Positions 1 through 10,257 of a stretch of 64,000 bases of DNA are shown here, piece after piece; position 1 is the first letter of the stretch; each line of letters begins with the position of its first letter. The notes under the pieces are model-generated. The model worked only from the letters and a program-made list of their open reading frames with translations, did not search any database and was not told where the DNA came from. The position numbers and the translations under genes were made by a program. The DNA lies in the IMG/VR virus record IMGVR_UViG_3300009784_000001, positions 214,418 through 278,417 of that record; one strand, written 5' to 3'. This stretch comes from a virus. Taxonomy: Duplodnaviria > Heunggongvirae > Uroviricota > Caudoviricetes.

Positions 1-843
1 TTGCATTTCATCTTCTAAATGTTTAAACAAAAAAGGTATTTTTTCATTTTTAGTTTGTGAAAATCCATAATACTCACAAGGAATAATTAATTCTCTTTTT
101 TCAATATCAAATACTCCTTGTTTTTTTTCTTCATTTTCAACAATTACCCAATTTTTATTAATTTCACAAGGATTTGAAACATGAATATATTTACCACTTA
201 TTTCCTCAATTAAACTAAAAACAAAAGATGGATTTTGTTTTGCTTTATTTATTGCATCATTAATCTCTTCTTCAGACATTCCTCCAACATCAATCATTTC
301 ATCTGCTTCTCTAATTTCATAAATCCAAAATTTATCATAATTGTCTTTTGTTCTAAAAAAATCATCTTTTATATCATAAAATTTAGTAATAATTTTTGCT
401 TTATATATAGGAGTTTTAATATTTTCATCAATTGATTTTACATTTTCAATATAATAAAAATAGTAACCACTTAAAAATTTAATAATAAAAATACCATATT
501 TATTAAACTTTTCATCAAAAATTATATCTTCAATCCATAAAATATTTTTTATTTTGCTTTCAATAGGTAAATAATATCTATTACTAAAAAAATCTTTAAT
601 GTTTATAATAAAATATTTTGCAGAATCTTCTGGTAAAAAACAACTGATAACTAAAAAGGGAGGAACATCTGATTGAAATTGTTTTTCTTTTGGGGCAAAT
701 TGAAACATTGGTTTATGATCAGACGCATAAAAACCATAGCTAATAATTTCAATTAATTTGATAGAATCATTTTCTAATTTACATAGTCTAATTTCATTAT
801 CTTCTTCTATCAAAAGATAATCTTTGTAAAAATCTTTAATCAT
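1..843 (-). CDS. Hypothetical early protein, possible WG-type repeat near the window edge (3' end runs off the window)
   Basis: Not in the ORF track. ATG at 843-841 and the frame is open to position 1 (MIKDFYKDYLL...QGVFDIEKRELIIPCEYY). The last motif resembles WG repeats. A host-type promoter lies at 892-923. Confidence 0.7.
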   Translation of the reverse strand, partial: MIKDFYKDYLLIEEDNEIRLCKLENDSIKLIEIISYGFYASDHKPMFQFAPKEKQFQSDVPPFLVISCFLPEDSAKYFIINIKDFFSNRYYLPIESKIKNILWIEDIIFDEKFNKYGIFIIKFLSGYYFYYIENVKSIDENIKTPIYKAKIITKFYDIKDDFFRTKDNYDKFWIYEIREADEMIDVGGMSEEEINDAINKAKQNPSFVFSLIEEISGKYIHVSNPCEINKNWVIVENEEKKQGVFDIEKRELIIPCEYYGFSQTKNEKIPFLFKHLEDEMQ

Positions 844-891
844 TTTCTTAAAATTTTAAATTGTTATTTAATCACCTCATCAAGGTTATAA

Positions 892-923
892 CAAATATAT
901 AATGTTTTATTGGAAAAAACAAA
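892..923 (-). promoter_or_regulatory. Bacteroidota sigma-A type promoter
   Basis: - strand TTTG (923-920), 20-nt spacer, TATATTTG (899-892), upstream of the ORF starting at 843. Confidence 0.7.
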
Positions 924-945
924 TATTTATATATAAAATACTAAA

Positions 946-3273
946 ATGAGTTCAATTACAAAAAATATATGCTATAGTGTTAGTTCTCTGAATATGGATG
1001 AAGTTTTTCCAAAGTTAAATGCTGATGAAATAATAACAGCACAAATTCTTGATCAATGTGGAAACCTTGTAATGACTTTACCTTGTTCAAAAGAAGAATG
1101 TACAGTAGATAATGCATGCTGTTCAAATCCAACTACTATATATGGAACTTTAGATGTTACTCCTGGTCAAACAGGAACAGCTTGTGGAGATGGAAATATT
1201 ATTGCAAATAAAATAATAGCTAATTCATTACAAGGAGATGGCTCAAATATAACTGGTACAGATGATACAATTGTAACTTCTTTTCAATATAATGCACTTT
1301 TTGATAGGTTAGAATTACAAATAGCAAATCCAAATAATCCTGACAGTGAACGTACATTTACAGTTCAGACTGATATGTTTACACATAATACTGTTATTAC
1401 AAATTTTGATTATGAACAACAAAATTCAAATACACTTGTATTAAAAGATAGTGATAATAATGAATGGAGTGTAGATTTATCAAAATTTGTTTATGATGGA
1501 GAAACGTTTATTGCAGGGGCTTCTTGTGATGAATTTGGACATTTCAAAATGTGGTATAATAGACCTGAAATGTCAAAGATAAATGTAGATATATCTCCTG
1601 CAATTCAAAATCTTGATAAGTATGTAACAGGTGGATTTTTGAATGATGAAACTCTTGTATTAACAAGGAAGAATGATACTCCAATAAGAATTAATTTATA
1701 TGATTTAATTGCTGGAATAAAATGTTCTGCTGATACAAAAATATCATGTGTTGAATGGTGTGGAAATTCTTTATTAATAAAAGAATCAAATGGAAAAGAA
1801 TGGGAAATTAATTTTGTTCATTTAATTGATCAAATCATAGATGAAATAACTCCAAATGAAATTACAGGGGGTTGTATATTGGAAGATAATACAATTATTT
1901 TACATAGAAGAAATGGTTCTGATTTAGAAATTGGTACTATAACTGACAATGATACTAAATTAGTAAATGCTATATGGAAACCAAATCCAACATTTCCAGA
2001 TGATCCAAAGAAATTAATATTAAGATTAAATAGTTCAGATGGAACAAATATAGATATTAATTTTAGTGAATTAATTAATAGAATACCATGTATTGATACA
2101 TTCATTGTACAAGGAAATATTTCCAAAAGTCCAGGATTAAATAATCCAAATAGTCAAATAATATTAAGAAATAATTTTAATGAAGATATTATAATAGATG
2201 GTTTAATAAATTCAGATACAAGAGTAATAGCAGGAAAATATGACAATTTTACAAATGGAGAAAATAGATTAGTTTTAAAAGAAAGTAATGGAAATGAAAT
2301 AGTTATTGATTTGAGAAGATTAATTGAAGATTGTACTAGTCAACATGATAAATATCTCAAAAGAGCTACAATAGTTGGAAATGATGTGTTACAACTTGAA
2401 GTGGAAGGTGCTCCTACATTACATGTTCCTTTGGCAAGGTTTAGGAATATTGATCAATCAATCAAGACAATGATATTTGATAAAAATTTTGGTACATTGA
2501 CAATAACTGATGGGCAAGGAAAGACAAATACTACTTTAATTTATAAAGAAACTGATTTTAAATACATAAGTCAAGTTGAAATTATGAACAACACACACTT
2601 ATATATTAAACAAGAAAATGGTCAATCATGGACATTAAAATTACCAAACAAATATATACTTTCAGGAACATACAATAACAATGGAAATATAAATAATACT
2701 TCTCCATCTATTACATTAACTAATAATGATAATACAACTGTAACAATCAATAATGTAGAAAATACATTTGCAACTGCATTAAAAGTATTTAACGATACTT
2801 TAAGATTGGAACAAAATGATGGAACAAAGTTAAATGTTAAAATGACACCAGTTATTGATTTAGCAGCAAACAATGCAAAATTAATAGATGGTACATATAA
2901 TCCATTAAATGGTGAAATTCAATTAAATTATGCAAATCCAGATAATTGTATTGTAATAACAGGTTTACCAACTAATGAAAAAACTATTGGTCAAATAACA
3001 TTGGGATATAATGTATGGAATGGAAATGTTAATTATTATATTAATGGGAACAGTGTAATGATTAATATGAATATTACACCAGGTACTGCACCAAGTACAG
3101 TAATAGGAAATATACCAATTACATTACCATTTGTTATAAACAAATATATAACAGGTATTTTGTTAGGAAATCCAATATCAGTTCCAATAATAATATCAAT
3201 GAATGGAGATATTGAATTAACTGGTTCAATTCCTGATTCAATACAAGATAGTTTTACATTAATACTTCAATAA
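946..3273 (+). CDS. Tail fibre-like / receptor-binding structural protein with ~40-aa beta repeats
   Basis: GDGSNIT fibre motif. Many repeats of the form D-x-x-V-x-x-G...LxLxxxNGxxIxIxL. The C-terminal beta domain resembles fibre head domains. Located upstream of the sheath and preceded by TATTTATA. Confidence 0.55.
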   Translation: MSSITKNICYSVSSLNMDEVFPKLNADEIITAQILDQCGNLVMTLPCSKEECTVDNACCSNPTTIYGTLDVTPGQTGTACGDGNIIANKIIANSLQGDGSNITGTDDTIVTSFQYNALFDRLELQIANPNNPDSERTFTVQTDMFTHNTVITNFDYEQQNSNTLVLKDSDNNEWSVDLSKFVYDGETFIAGASCDEFGHFKMWYNRPEMSKINVDISPAIQNLDKYVTGGFLNDETLVLTRKNDTPIRINLYDLIAGIKCSADTKISCVEWCGNSLLIKESNGKEWEINFVHLIDQIIDEITPNEITGGCILEDNTIILHRRNGSDLEIGTITDNDTKLVNAIWKPNPTFPDDPKKLILRLNSSDGTNIDINFSELINRIPCIDTFIVQGNISKSPGLNNPNSQIILRNNFNEDIIIDGLINSDTRVIAGKYDNFTNGENRLVLKESNGNEIVIDLRRLIEDCTSQHDKYLKRATIVGNDVLQLEVEGAPTLHVPLARFRNIDQSIKTMIFDKNFGTLTITDGQGKTNTTLIYKETDFKYISQVEIMNNTHLYIKQENGQSWTLKLPNKYILSGTYNNNGNINNTSPSITLTNNDNTTVTINNVENTFATALKVFNDTLRLEQNDGTKLNVKMTPVIDLAANNAKLIDGTYNPLNGEIQLNYANPDNCIVITGLPTNEKTIGQITLGYNVWNGNVNYYINGNSVMINMNITPGTAPSTVIGNIPITLPFVINKYITGILLGNPISVPIIISMNGDIELTGSIPDSIQDSFTLILQ

Positions 3274-3302
3274 AAATAATAAATTATAAAAAATATAAAA
3301 TC

Positions 3303-3737
3303 ATGGTTGTTTTAAAAGAAGAAGCAAGAAAAGTAATTGAAAACATTGTTACAAAAATGTTAAAAGAAGAGGGGGAAGTAAATTCAGTAAATTTACTAAA
3401 TAACTTTAAAACAGAAGTTAAAAGAAGGCTTGAAAATATTAATATAATACTTACATATAATCAAAATGATTATTATTTTAATTTAAGAAACTTTACTACT
3501 ATAACAACTAATTCTGAGAAGAATCCAAATTTAATAAAAACATTTCAAATATCGGGGGTTACTAAAAATAATAAAGGGATAGATGTATACCTTATACTTA
3601 ATTATAATGTTAAAACCAAACAATTAGTTGTTTATGATATGAATATGAAACAACAAGCTCTTTCAGTTTTAAATCAAAGTGATGTAATTTCTATAGTTTC
3701 AGAGTTAATGCGAAAATACAATATTTTTCTAGAATAA
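3303..3737 (+). CDS. Hypothetical protein, possible head-internal virion protein
   Basis: The N-terminal LKEE...IVTKMLKEE leader resembles Glu-specific prohead-protease-processed leaders. Confidence 0.4.
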   Translation: MVVLKEEARKVIENIVTKMLKEEGEVNSVNLLNNFKTEVKRRLENINIILTYNQNDYYFNLRNFTTITTNSEKNPNLIKTFQISGVTKNNKGIDVYLILNYNVKTKQLVVYDMNMKQQALSVLNQSDVISIVSELMRKYNIFLE

Positions 3738-3742
3738 AAGAC

Positions 3743-3775
3743 AAATCCCCTAACTTTCACAAGTGAGGGGATTTT
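3743..3775. terminator. Intrinsic terminator hairpin, probably bidirectional
   Basis: AAATCCCCT-AACTT-TCAC-AAGTG-AGGGGATTT(T), directly after the stop at 3737. Confidence 0.7.
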
Positions 3776-3815
3776 AAATTTACGACAATTTCGATTGTTT
3801 CTTTCAACACAGGTA

Positions 3816-3847
3816 CAAAGATATAATTAATTTTTCGATAAGACAAA
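3816..3847 (-). promoter_or_regulatory. Bacteroidota sigma-A type promoter with no annotated downstream gene
   Basis: - strand TTTG (3847-3844), N20, TATCTTTG (3823-3816). Confidence 0.65.
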
Positions 3848-3917
3848 GAATAATACAATACTTTTTAACTCAATAAACTATTTATATTAAAATAATAGGT
3901 TAAAAATACAAATTAAT

Positions 3918-6900
3918 ATGGCTATTTTAAATACAGTTCGTGGTTTGCACGTTTCTCCTGGAATTTACACAAAAGAAACAGAATTAAAGACTTCAAATAA
4001 TACATTTGGTATTACTACTTTAGGATTAGCTGGCGAAACATTGAAAGGCCCAGCCTTTTCCCCAATTTCTGTATCAAACTGGCGTGAATATTCAGATACA
4101 TTTGGTGGAACTTCAACAGAAATATATAAAGGAAGCAGATATCCAAGATATGAATTACCTTATGTCGCCCAAGATTATTTAACTGAATCAAATCAACTTA
4201 TAGTAACAAGAGTATTGGGTTTATCAGGATATAATGCAGGAAGAGCATGGTTAATTAAAGCAATAGGAAGTGGCATTGGAAAAGATATGCTTGTAGCAGT
4301 TATTCGTTCAAGAGGACATTATGTAAAAACATTTGGAAATCCAAGTTTTAGTTCTGCCCCTGTTGCCAGTATCGAGGCAAATGTTCAATATGTGGTTGGT
4401 AGAGCTAATCAAAGTAGTGTTACCCCACTTACCCCTACTGATTATATTACATATAATTCCAAACAATATACTTTTGGGCAAAGATTTTTTGGAGTAGCAG
4501 GTCAAACTATTTTTACAAAAAATCCTGCTGTAAATCCTCAATTAACAGTTTATGGATATTGTGGTACTAATTATGATTATGATAAATTTATGTGGGATGT
4601 TTATGATGTAACAATAGGACCAACATCAATTCCTTTAGCTAATTTTACTTGTGGTAAAGTTGGAACATGGGTAGATGGAGCACAAGTTGCTGGAATACCT
4701 TCTACACCAAGTGATTTTGGAACATTTCAATTAACAGTAACTTTAAGAAATAATGACGGAACAGCAGGTGATACAGTTAGTTTTACAGTTTCGTTCAATC
4801 CAGGTCAAAAAAATTATATATATAATGTAATAGGTGGAACACCTGATGATAATGATGCTCCAATTTATATTGAAGAATTATATGATGTTGCATTTCAACA
4901 ATTAGTATTTAAAAATGGAGTTGATCCAGTGAATTTTATAGAAGGTATTTCTACTACTTTAGAATCAACACTTAATGAAAGCTCAATTATACCAATGTTT
5001 CAGCCTGTAGTTTCAATATTAACAACTCCAAATCAATCAGTAACAAAATCAATGCTTGGTAATAGATATTTATACACTGGTTTTGATGTTAATGGTAATT
5101 CTCTTATAACTGAATATGCAAAAGAAACTATAACAATTATAACAACCCCTACTTACAGTAAAACAAGCACAAAAGCCTTCAATACATTAGGAACAACTGA
5201 TATAGGGAAAATATTGGTAGTTAAAGAAGATGTAGATTCAAGTGGTAAAGTAACTTATAATTATCATTACATTGTTACTACAACAGATGGAACAATATTT
5301 GAAGAAAAATTAGACAGTGCATCAGCAAAAAATCCTGATACTGATGGTTATTATTGGGGATTTGTATTTGTAGCTAATGAACAATTGTTTTATGAAATAA
5401 AAACAAATGGAGGAACAACAGTTGTTGAAAGAGTAATTGGAGATTTAAATGATTATACTGAATCATTTAGATATGCTTCTTCTCCTTGGATTGTGTCACA
5501 AATGATAGGTACATTTGCAAATAATCAAGTTCATAAATTATTTAGATTCCATAGTATATCAGATGGAGATACTGCAAACACATTATTTAAAATAAGTATC
5601 CAAAATATTGATCCAGATAATTTAACATTCGATGTTATTATTAGAGATTTTAATGATTCAGATGCTTCTGTTACAGTTCTAGAAAGCTATTTAAGATGTA
5701 ATTTAAATCCAGATAGTAGTAGTTATATATTAAATAGAATTGGTTCATTTGATAATTCAACACCAATAGTATCAAAATATGTAATGGTTGAAATGGCAGA
5801 AAATGATAATATAAGATTTTCAATTCCTTGTGGTTTCTTAGGTTATCCTGTAAGAGATTTAGTTGATGAAAATGTAACAAAACCTGCATTAGCATATAAT
5901 GTAACTCTTAATGAAGAAATAAAAACTAAAAGACAATACTTTGGGATGTCTGATTTGGTTGGAATTGATACTGATATTATATCATACAAAGGAAGAAGTG
6001 CTTACAGTGATGGAACATTTACTGATGGTTTCCACTTAGATAGTAGAGTTAGTAGTTGTTTCACATTAGTAGATGGAGAAAATCCTGGTGTAGATTGTAC
6101 AACAAATCCTACTACTCCTGTTCTTGGAATGTTTACTTGGCAAACTGTTAGTGTTGATACAGTAGGAGCTGGTGGAGAAGCACCACAAATAACAGGTGAT
6201 GATATTACAGGTACAATTTATGAAGATGTTACTACAAGAAAATTCACATTCTGTATGTATGGTGGATTTGATGGATGGGATATTTACAGAACATCAAGAA
6301 CTACTTCTGATGATTTCAAAATGAACAGATACAAAGGTAAAATTAATCCAAATACAGGTCATGGTGAACATTTTTCATGGATTACAAATAATGAATTATT
6401 AAATTTACCTGAAAAAGGAATAACAAGTGATTTTTATGCTTTTTGGGCAGCTATGCTGACATTTAATAACCCTGCTGAAACTCCAATCAATGTGTTTGCA
6501 ACACCAGGTATTGACTATGTAAATGATACATTACTTGTTAGTGAAGGAATAGAAATGATTGAAGATCCAGCACATCAAAAAGCAATTTATATTGCAACAA
6601 CACCTGATAAACCATTTGGTGCAACTGATGCTGTAGCTTCGATGTATTCGCCACAAGATGTTGTAGATAATCTGGAAGGAACAGAACTTGATTCAAGTTA
6701 TGTAGCTACTTATTATCCATGGTGTAGATATATGGATTCTAATGAAAATAAAACAATATTTTTACCACCAACAAGAGATGTAGTAAGATTGTTAGCATTA
6801 ATTGATAATACTTCCTATGCTTGGTTCCCACCAGCAGGTGATCAACGTGGTAGAGTAAATGCTATCAATGCAAGAATAAATACTAAAATAGGTGATGAAG

Positions 6901-7331
6901 ATATTTTATATACAGGAAGAATTAATCCTATAAAAACTTATGCAAGAGATGGTATATATATCTGGGGTCAAAAGAACTTAAAAGTTTCTTATGATAATGA
7001 TAAAGAAGCATTAACCAGAATTGGTGTTAGAAGAATGATGCTGAGAATACGTGATTTAATTATAAGAGTTAATAGACAATTGATATTTACTCCAAATGAT
7101 GCTACTGTTAAAAATAAATTCATATCAAATTGTACAGCAGTATTAAATGATGTAAGATCTAATCGTGGTATCAGTGATTTCAGAATTGAAGTTCAAGATA
7201 GTATTGAAGCACAACAAGCAAGAACCTTACCAGCAGCAATTTGGATTGTACCTCAAGGAATTCTTGAATACATAGAAATAAACTTCATCATCAGCCCTAC
7301 TGGTGTATCACTCAATGACTTAACAGCATAA
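3918..7331 (+). CDS. Contractile tail sheath protein (T4 gp18-like)
   Basis: N-terminal SPGIYTKE and GETLKGPAF..FGG. C-terminal ATYYPW, WFPPAGxxRG, INPI, IWGQKNL, RIGVRRMM, I-x-P...EYIEINF. Confidence 0.95.
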   Translation: MAILNTVRGLHVSPGIYTKETELKTSNNTFGITTLGLAGETLKGPAFSPISVSNWREYSDTFGGTSTEIYKGSRYPRYELPYVAQDYLTESNQLIVTRVLGLSGYNAGRAWLIKAIGSGIGKDMLVAVIRSRGHYVKTFGNPSFSSAPVASIEANVQYVVGRANQSSVTPLTPTDYITYNSKQYTFGQRFFGVAGQTIFTKNPAVNPQLTVYGYCGTNYDYDKFMWDVYDVTIGPTSIPLANFTCGKVGTWVDGAQVAGIPSTPSDFGTFQLTVTLRNNDGTAGDTVSFTVSFNPGQKNYIYNVIGGTPDDNDAPIYIEELYDVAFQQLVFKNGVDPVNFIEGISTTLESTLNESSIIPMFQPVVSILTTPNQSVTKSMLGNRYLYTGFDVNGNSLITEYAKETITIITTPTYSKTSTKAFNTLGTTDIGKILVVKEDVDSSGKVTYNYHYIVTTTDGTIFEEKLDSASAKNPDTDGYYWGFVFVANEQLFYEIKTNGGTTVVERVIGDLNDYTESFRYASSPWIVSQMIGTFANNQVHKLFRFHSISDGDTANTLFKISIQNIDPDNLTFDVIIRDFNDSDASVTVLESYLRCNLNPDSSSYILNRIGSFDNSTPIVSKYVMVEMAENDNIRFSIPCGFLGYPVRDLVDENVTKPALAYNVTLNEEIKTKRQYFGMSDLVGIDTDIISYKGRSAYSDGTFTDGFHLDSRVSSCFTLVDGENPGVDCTTNPTTPVLGMFTWQTVSVDTVGAGGEAPQITGDDITGTIYEDVTTRKFTFCMYGGFDGWDIYRTSRTTSDDFKMNRYKGKINPNTGHGEHFSWITNNELLNLPEKGITSDFYAFWAAMLTFNNPAETPINVFATPGIDYVNDTLLVSEGIEMIEDPAHQKAIYIATTPDKPFGATDAVASMYSPQDVVDNLEGTELDSSYVATYYPWCRYMDSNENKTIFLPPTRDVVRLLALIDNTSYAWFPPAGDQRGRVNAINARINTKIGDEDILYTGRINPIKTYARDGIYIWGQKNLKVSYDNDKEALTRIGVRRMMLRIRDLIIRVNRQLIFTPNDATVKNKFISNCTAVLNDVRSNRGISDFRIEVQDSIEAQQARTLPAAIWIVPQGILEYIEINFIISPTGVSLNDLTA

Positions 7332-7351
7332 TATAATATTTATTAATTATT

Positions 7352-7384
7352 TAAGGGAGTAATTTTTTACTCCCTTATTTTTTT
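7352..7384. terminator. Terminator between the convergent sheath and endonuclease genes
   Basis: TAAGGGAGTAA-TTTT-TTACTCCCTTA, a perfect 11-bp stem followed by a T run. Confidence 0.8.
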
Positions 7385-8377
7385 AATAACTTCTTCAATA
7401 TTTTCAAATATATTTTTTTTATTATAAATTTTATATTTTTGACTTTTTATTAAATATTTTTGATTAAATATATATAATATATTAATTCCATTATTTGAAA
7501 CTAAATTATATTTTAATTCATCTTTTTTAATATTTTTTTCAAATTCATTTTTAGTCCATTCTTCACCTTTTCCTGCAAAATTAACTTCCTCAAAATGCTG
7601 TCTTCCTTGATATTCAATTGCAATATTATAATCTGGGAGATAAAAATCTAATTCAAGAGGATAACTTTTTTCAGCATTTTGTAACCAATCAAATTTACTA
7701 TATTGAATAAAATTAATATTTTCTTCTTGTAGCTTTAATCTAATTTCTTCTTCCATTGTAGTTTCAAAGCATATAGGACAATTAGATTTTTTATTTATAT
7801 GATTATAGGGAGTTTGCCAAAATTCACCATGCTTGGGGCATATTATACAAATTTTTGTTTTATTATTTACATAATTCACCTTTGAGTAATCATATTTATC
7901 CCCATGAACTTGTTTAGCTTTTTCAATAAATTTTTCTCTTGAAAAAGAGAACAATTTTTTATATTTTTCACCTTTACATAAAGGACAATTATATCCTTGT
8001 AAATGACTACCAGGAGTTTGCCAAAATTCACCATGCTTGGGGCATATTATACAAACCTTTGTAATTGAATTAATATAATTCACTTTACTATAGTTATATT
8101 TATACCCATGTATTTTTTTAGCTTTTTCTATAAATTCTTCTTTTGAAGAAGAAAATAATTTACTTAAAAATAATTTGCCACATTTTGAACAGCCTTGTTG
8201 TTTCTCTTTCTTTTTACCTATATGTTGGTTTGGTTCAATAAAAAATTCACCATGTTTTGGACATATAATACATACTTTAGTATGAGAATTTATATATTCA
8301 ACTTTTGAATAATCATACTTATTTCCATGAACTTTTTTGGCTTCTTCTATCCATTCTTCTGTAGTTTTTTTCTTCAT
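7367..8377 (-). CDS. Free-standing putative homing endonuclease: three DUF723-like Zn repeats plus a PD-(D/E)XK-like nuclease
   Basis: 3x ICPKHGEF...HxxxxCxxC repeats. C-terminal LELDFYLPDYNIAIEYQGRQH. Confidence 0.8.
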   Translation of the reverse strand: MKKKTTEEWIEEAKKVHGNKYDYSKVEYINSHTKVCIICPKHGEFFIEPNQHIGKKKEKQQGCSKCGKLFLSKLFSSSKEEFIEKAKKIHGYKYNYSKVNYINSITKVCIICPKHGEFWQTPGSHLQGYNCPLCKGEKYKKLFSFSREKFIEKAKQVHGDKYDYSKVNYVNNKTKICIICPKHGEFWQTPYNHINKKSNCPICFETTMEEEIRLKLQEENINFIQYSKFDWLQNAEKSYPLELDFYLPDYNIAIEYQGRQHFEEVNFAGKGEEWTKNEFEKNIKKDELKYNLVSNNGINILYIFNQKYLIKSQKYKIYNKKNIFENIEEVIKKIRE

Positions 8378-8425
8378 ATTAACGTATTTTCTATATAAAT
8401 ATTAGGATAAATCCAAATATTTAAT

Positions 8426-8464
8426 AAAAAATAAGGGTATTCTAATTAAGATTACCCCTTTTTA
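8426..8464. terminator. Terminator of the - strand early operon
   Basis: Imperfect stem AAGGGTA...TACCCCTT flanked by an A run and a T run, right after the stop at 8462. Confidence 0.55.
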
Positions 8465-8761
8465 TTGGTAAAAATACCGATATTCATCATTTATAAATGT
8501 TTTTACTGATAAATACAAATATTTCAAAAAATTTATACTATAATACAATGGTTTAGCAACACACATCATATAAATTTCTCTAAAATAATCTTCATTTTTA
8601 TTAGAATTAATATCAATATAATATTCACATTTTATTGGAAGTACATACATTCTATACCAATGAAATTTACAAAAACGAAAATTGCATAATGTACCCTTTT
8701 CCCAATTATGATATTTACATGTATCACAAATATATATTGATTTACCTACTGTAACTTTCAT
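8462..8761 (-). CDS. Hypothetical Cys-rich protein
   Basis: CDTCKYH...C...C...C..Y. Last gene of the tightly packed - strand operon. Confidence 0.6.
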   Translation of the reverse strand: MKVTVGKSIYICDTCKYHNWEKGTLCNFRFCKFHWYRMYVLPIKCEYYIDINSNKNEDYFREIYMMCVAKPLYYSINFLKYLYLSVKTFINDEYRYFYQ

Positions 8762-8766
8762 ATTAT

Positions 8767-9000
8767 TTATTCTTCATCCTCTTCTTCATCTTCATCAAAA
8801 TCACATTCCAGATAATCCAATAAAATAGGATGTATTTCATCAGCTTCAAACCCACAATCTGAAGCAGCATCAAAAACTTGATTTTCAAAATCGTCCATTA
8901 AAGTATTAATAAATTTTCTTTTGAAATCTTTGAATTGTTCTTGTGTTATTAATTCATCAGTTTGAAAATCAATATCAATTGTTCCTGTTATTCTTGCCAT
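8767..9000 (-). CDS. Small highly acidic protein
   Basis: 77 aa with 26 D/E and 5 K/R. In the operon. Confidence 0.65.
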   Translation of the reverse strand: MARITGTIDIDFQTDELITQEQFKDFKRKFINTLMDDFENQVFDAASDCGFEADEIHPILLDYLECDFDEDEEEDEE

Positions 9001-9011
9001 ATTATTATTTG

Positions 9012-9635
9012 TTAATTAAAAAATTTTATTTGTGGTATTGTATAAGTATTTGAAAAGCAGTACCATCCATAAGCTATTGCACTTCCGCCACCTTTAATCA
9101 TTGTTTCAAAATCTCCATTTTTAGCACACATAATTCTTGAAGAAGAAACATATAATGTATCAAGAACTCCTCTATCAAATAATTTTCTTCTGCTTTTTCC
9201 TTCAAGAAATTGTAATTTTAAAAACATCATAACTTTACCATTTCCAATAATATCTAAAGCATGTTCCACAAATTTTTGTGCTAATGAATAAGGAGGGTTA
9301 GTAATTATTGCTTGAATATTATTATCAATAATAAATTGTTTATCAACATCAAAAAAGTCAATTCCACCTTGTCCATATCCTCTATCAATTAAATCAGTTG
9401 ATATAACATTAAATCCATTTTTTTCAAATACTTTTGATAAGTGTCCTTCTCCACAAGAAGGCTCATAAATATTTTTAATGAATCTAAAATCTTCTATTTT
9501 TAATAACCATTCAGCAGCTTCAGGACTGGTAGCATAATAATCTTCATTTTGTCTTTCCTTATCAGTATGATTACTAAATCCACCTGTTTTCCAGATACTG
9601 TTTGAATTTCCTTTCCAATCTTTATTTTCTTCCAT
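9012..9635 (-). CDS. Orphan amino (probably N6-adenine) DNA methyltransferase
   Basis: DYYATSPE, motif I EPSCGEG, motif IV ITNPPY. Confidence 0.85.
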   Translation of the reverse strand: MEENKDWKGNSNSIWKTGGFSNHTDKERQNEDYYATSPEAAEWLLKIEDFRFIKNIYEPSCGEGHLSKVFEKNGFNVISTDLIDRGYGQGGIDFFDVDKQFIIDNNIQAIITNPPYSLAQKFVEHALDIIGNGKVMMFLKLQFLEGKSRRKLFDRGVLDTLYVSSSRIMCAKNGDFETMIKGGGSAIAYGWYCFSNTYTIPQIKFFN

Positions 9636-9637
9636 AA

Positions 9638-9901
9638 TTATATTTCCTTAAAAAGTATTTCTAATTCTTCTATTCTTTTCTTTGCTTCTTCAATTAATAT
9701 ATCTCTATATCTTATATCATCAAGTATTTTTACAGGATAATTTCTTATAGAATTATGATAAAGAGATATACCATGTTTGTAAATAGAAAATTCTCTTTCT
9801 AATGGATCTTGTTGTAATTCTTCCAATAATTTAAGAGTCTCTTTAGTATCTTCAAGTTCAATATTAATTTCTTGTGCATTTTTAAACTTTAACTTATCCA
9901 T
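9638..9901 (-). CDS. Hypothetical protein
   Basis: ORF packed in the operon, with a helical charged C-terminus (IEELEILFKEI). Confidence 0.6.
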   Translation of the reverse strand: MDKLKFKNAQEINIELEDTKETLKLLEELQQDPLEREFSIYKHGISLYHNSIRNYPVKILDDIRYRDILIEEAKKRIEELEILFKEI

Positions 9902-10247
9902 TTTTATTTTCTATTAATTCATTTAAATAATCTATTGCTACTTTTAATCCATCTTCAAATGCTTCTTCATAATTAGAATAACCACCTTTATATTTTTCAA
10001 AGAAAATACTCTCATTTAATGCTCTTACTTTCCAATATTCAAAATATTGTACTTCCCATTCATATTCCCATTTAAAATTTCTATCTTCATGAAGTATTTT
10101 TTTATTATCATCAGCATATTCAAGAGAAGGATAAATAATTAATTGAATATTATATTTGTTTCTCAGCCATTCTCGAAAAAATGATTCAGAAGTTATTCCA
10201 TAATCTTTTATAATATCTTTTCTTATATCTTCTTCTGTTATTTTCAT
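9894..10247 (-). CDS. Hypothetical protein
   Basis: ORF in the operon, with WLRNKYNI...YEEAFEDGL segments. Confidence 0.65.
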   Translation of the reverse strand: MKITEEDIRKDIIKDYGITSESFFREWLRNKYNIQLIIYPSLEYADDNKKILHEDRNFKWEYEWEVQYFEYWKVRALNESIFFEKYKGGYSNYEEAFEDGLKVAIDYLNELIENKNG

Positions 10248-10257
10248 ATTTTTAATA

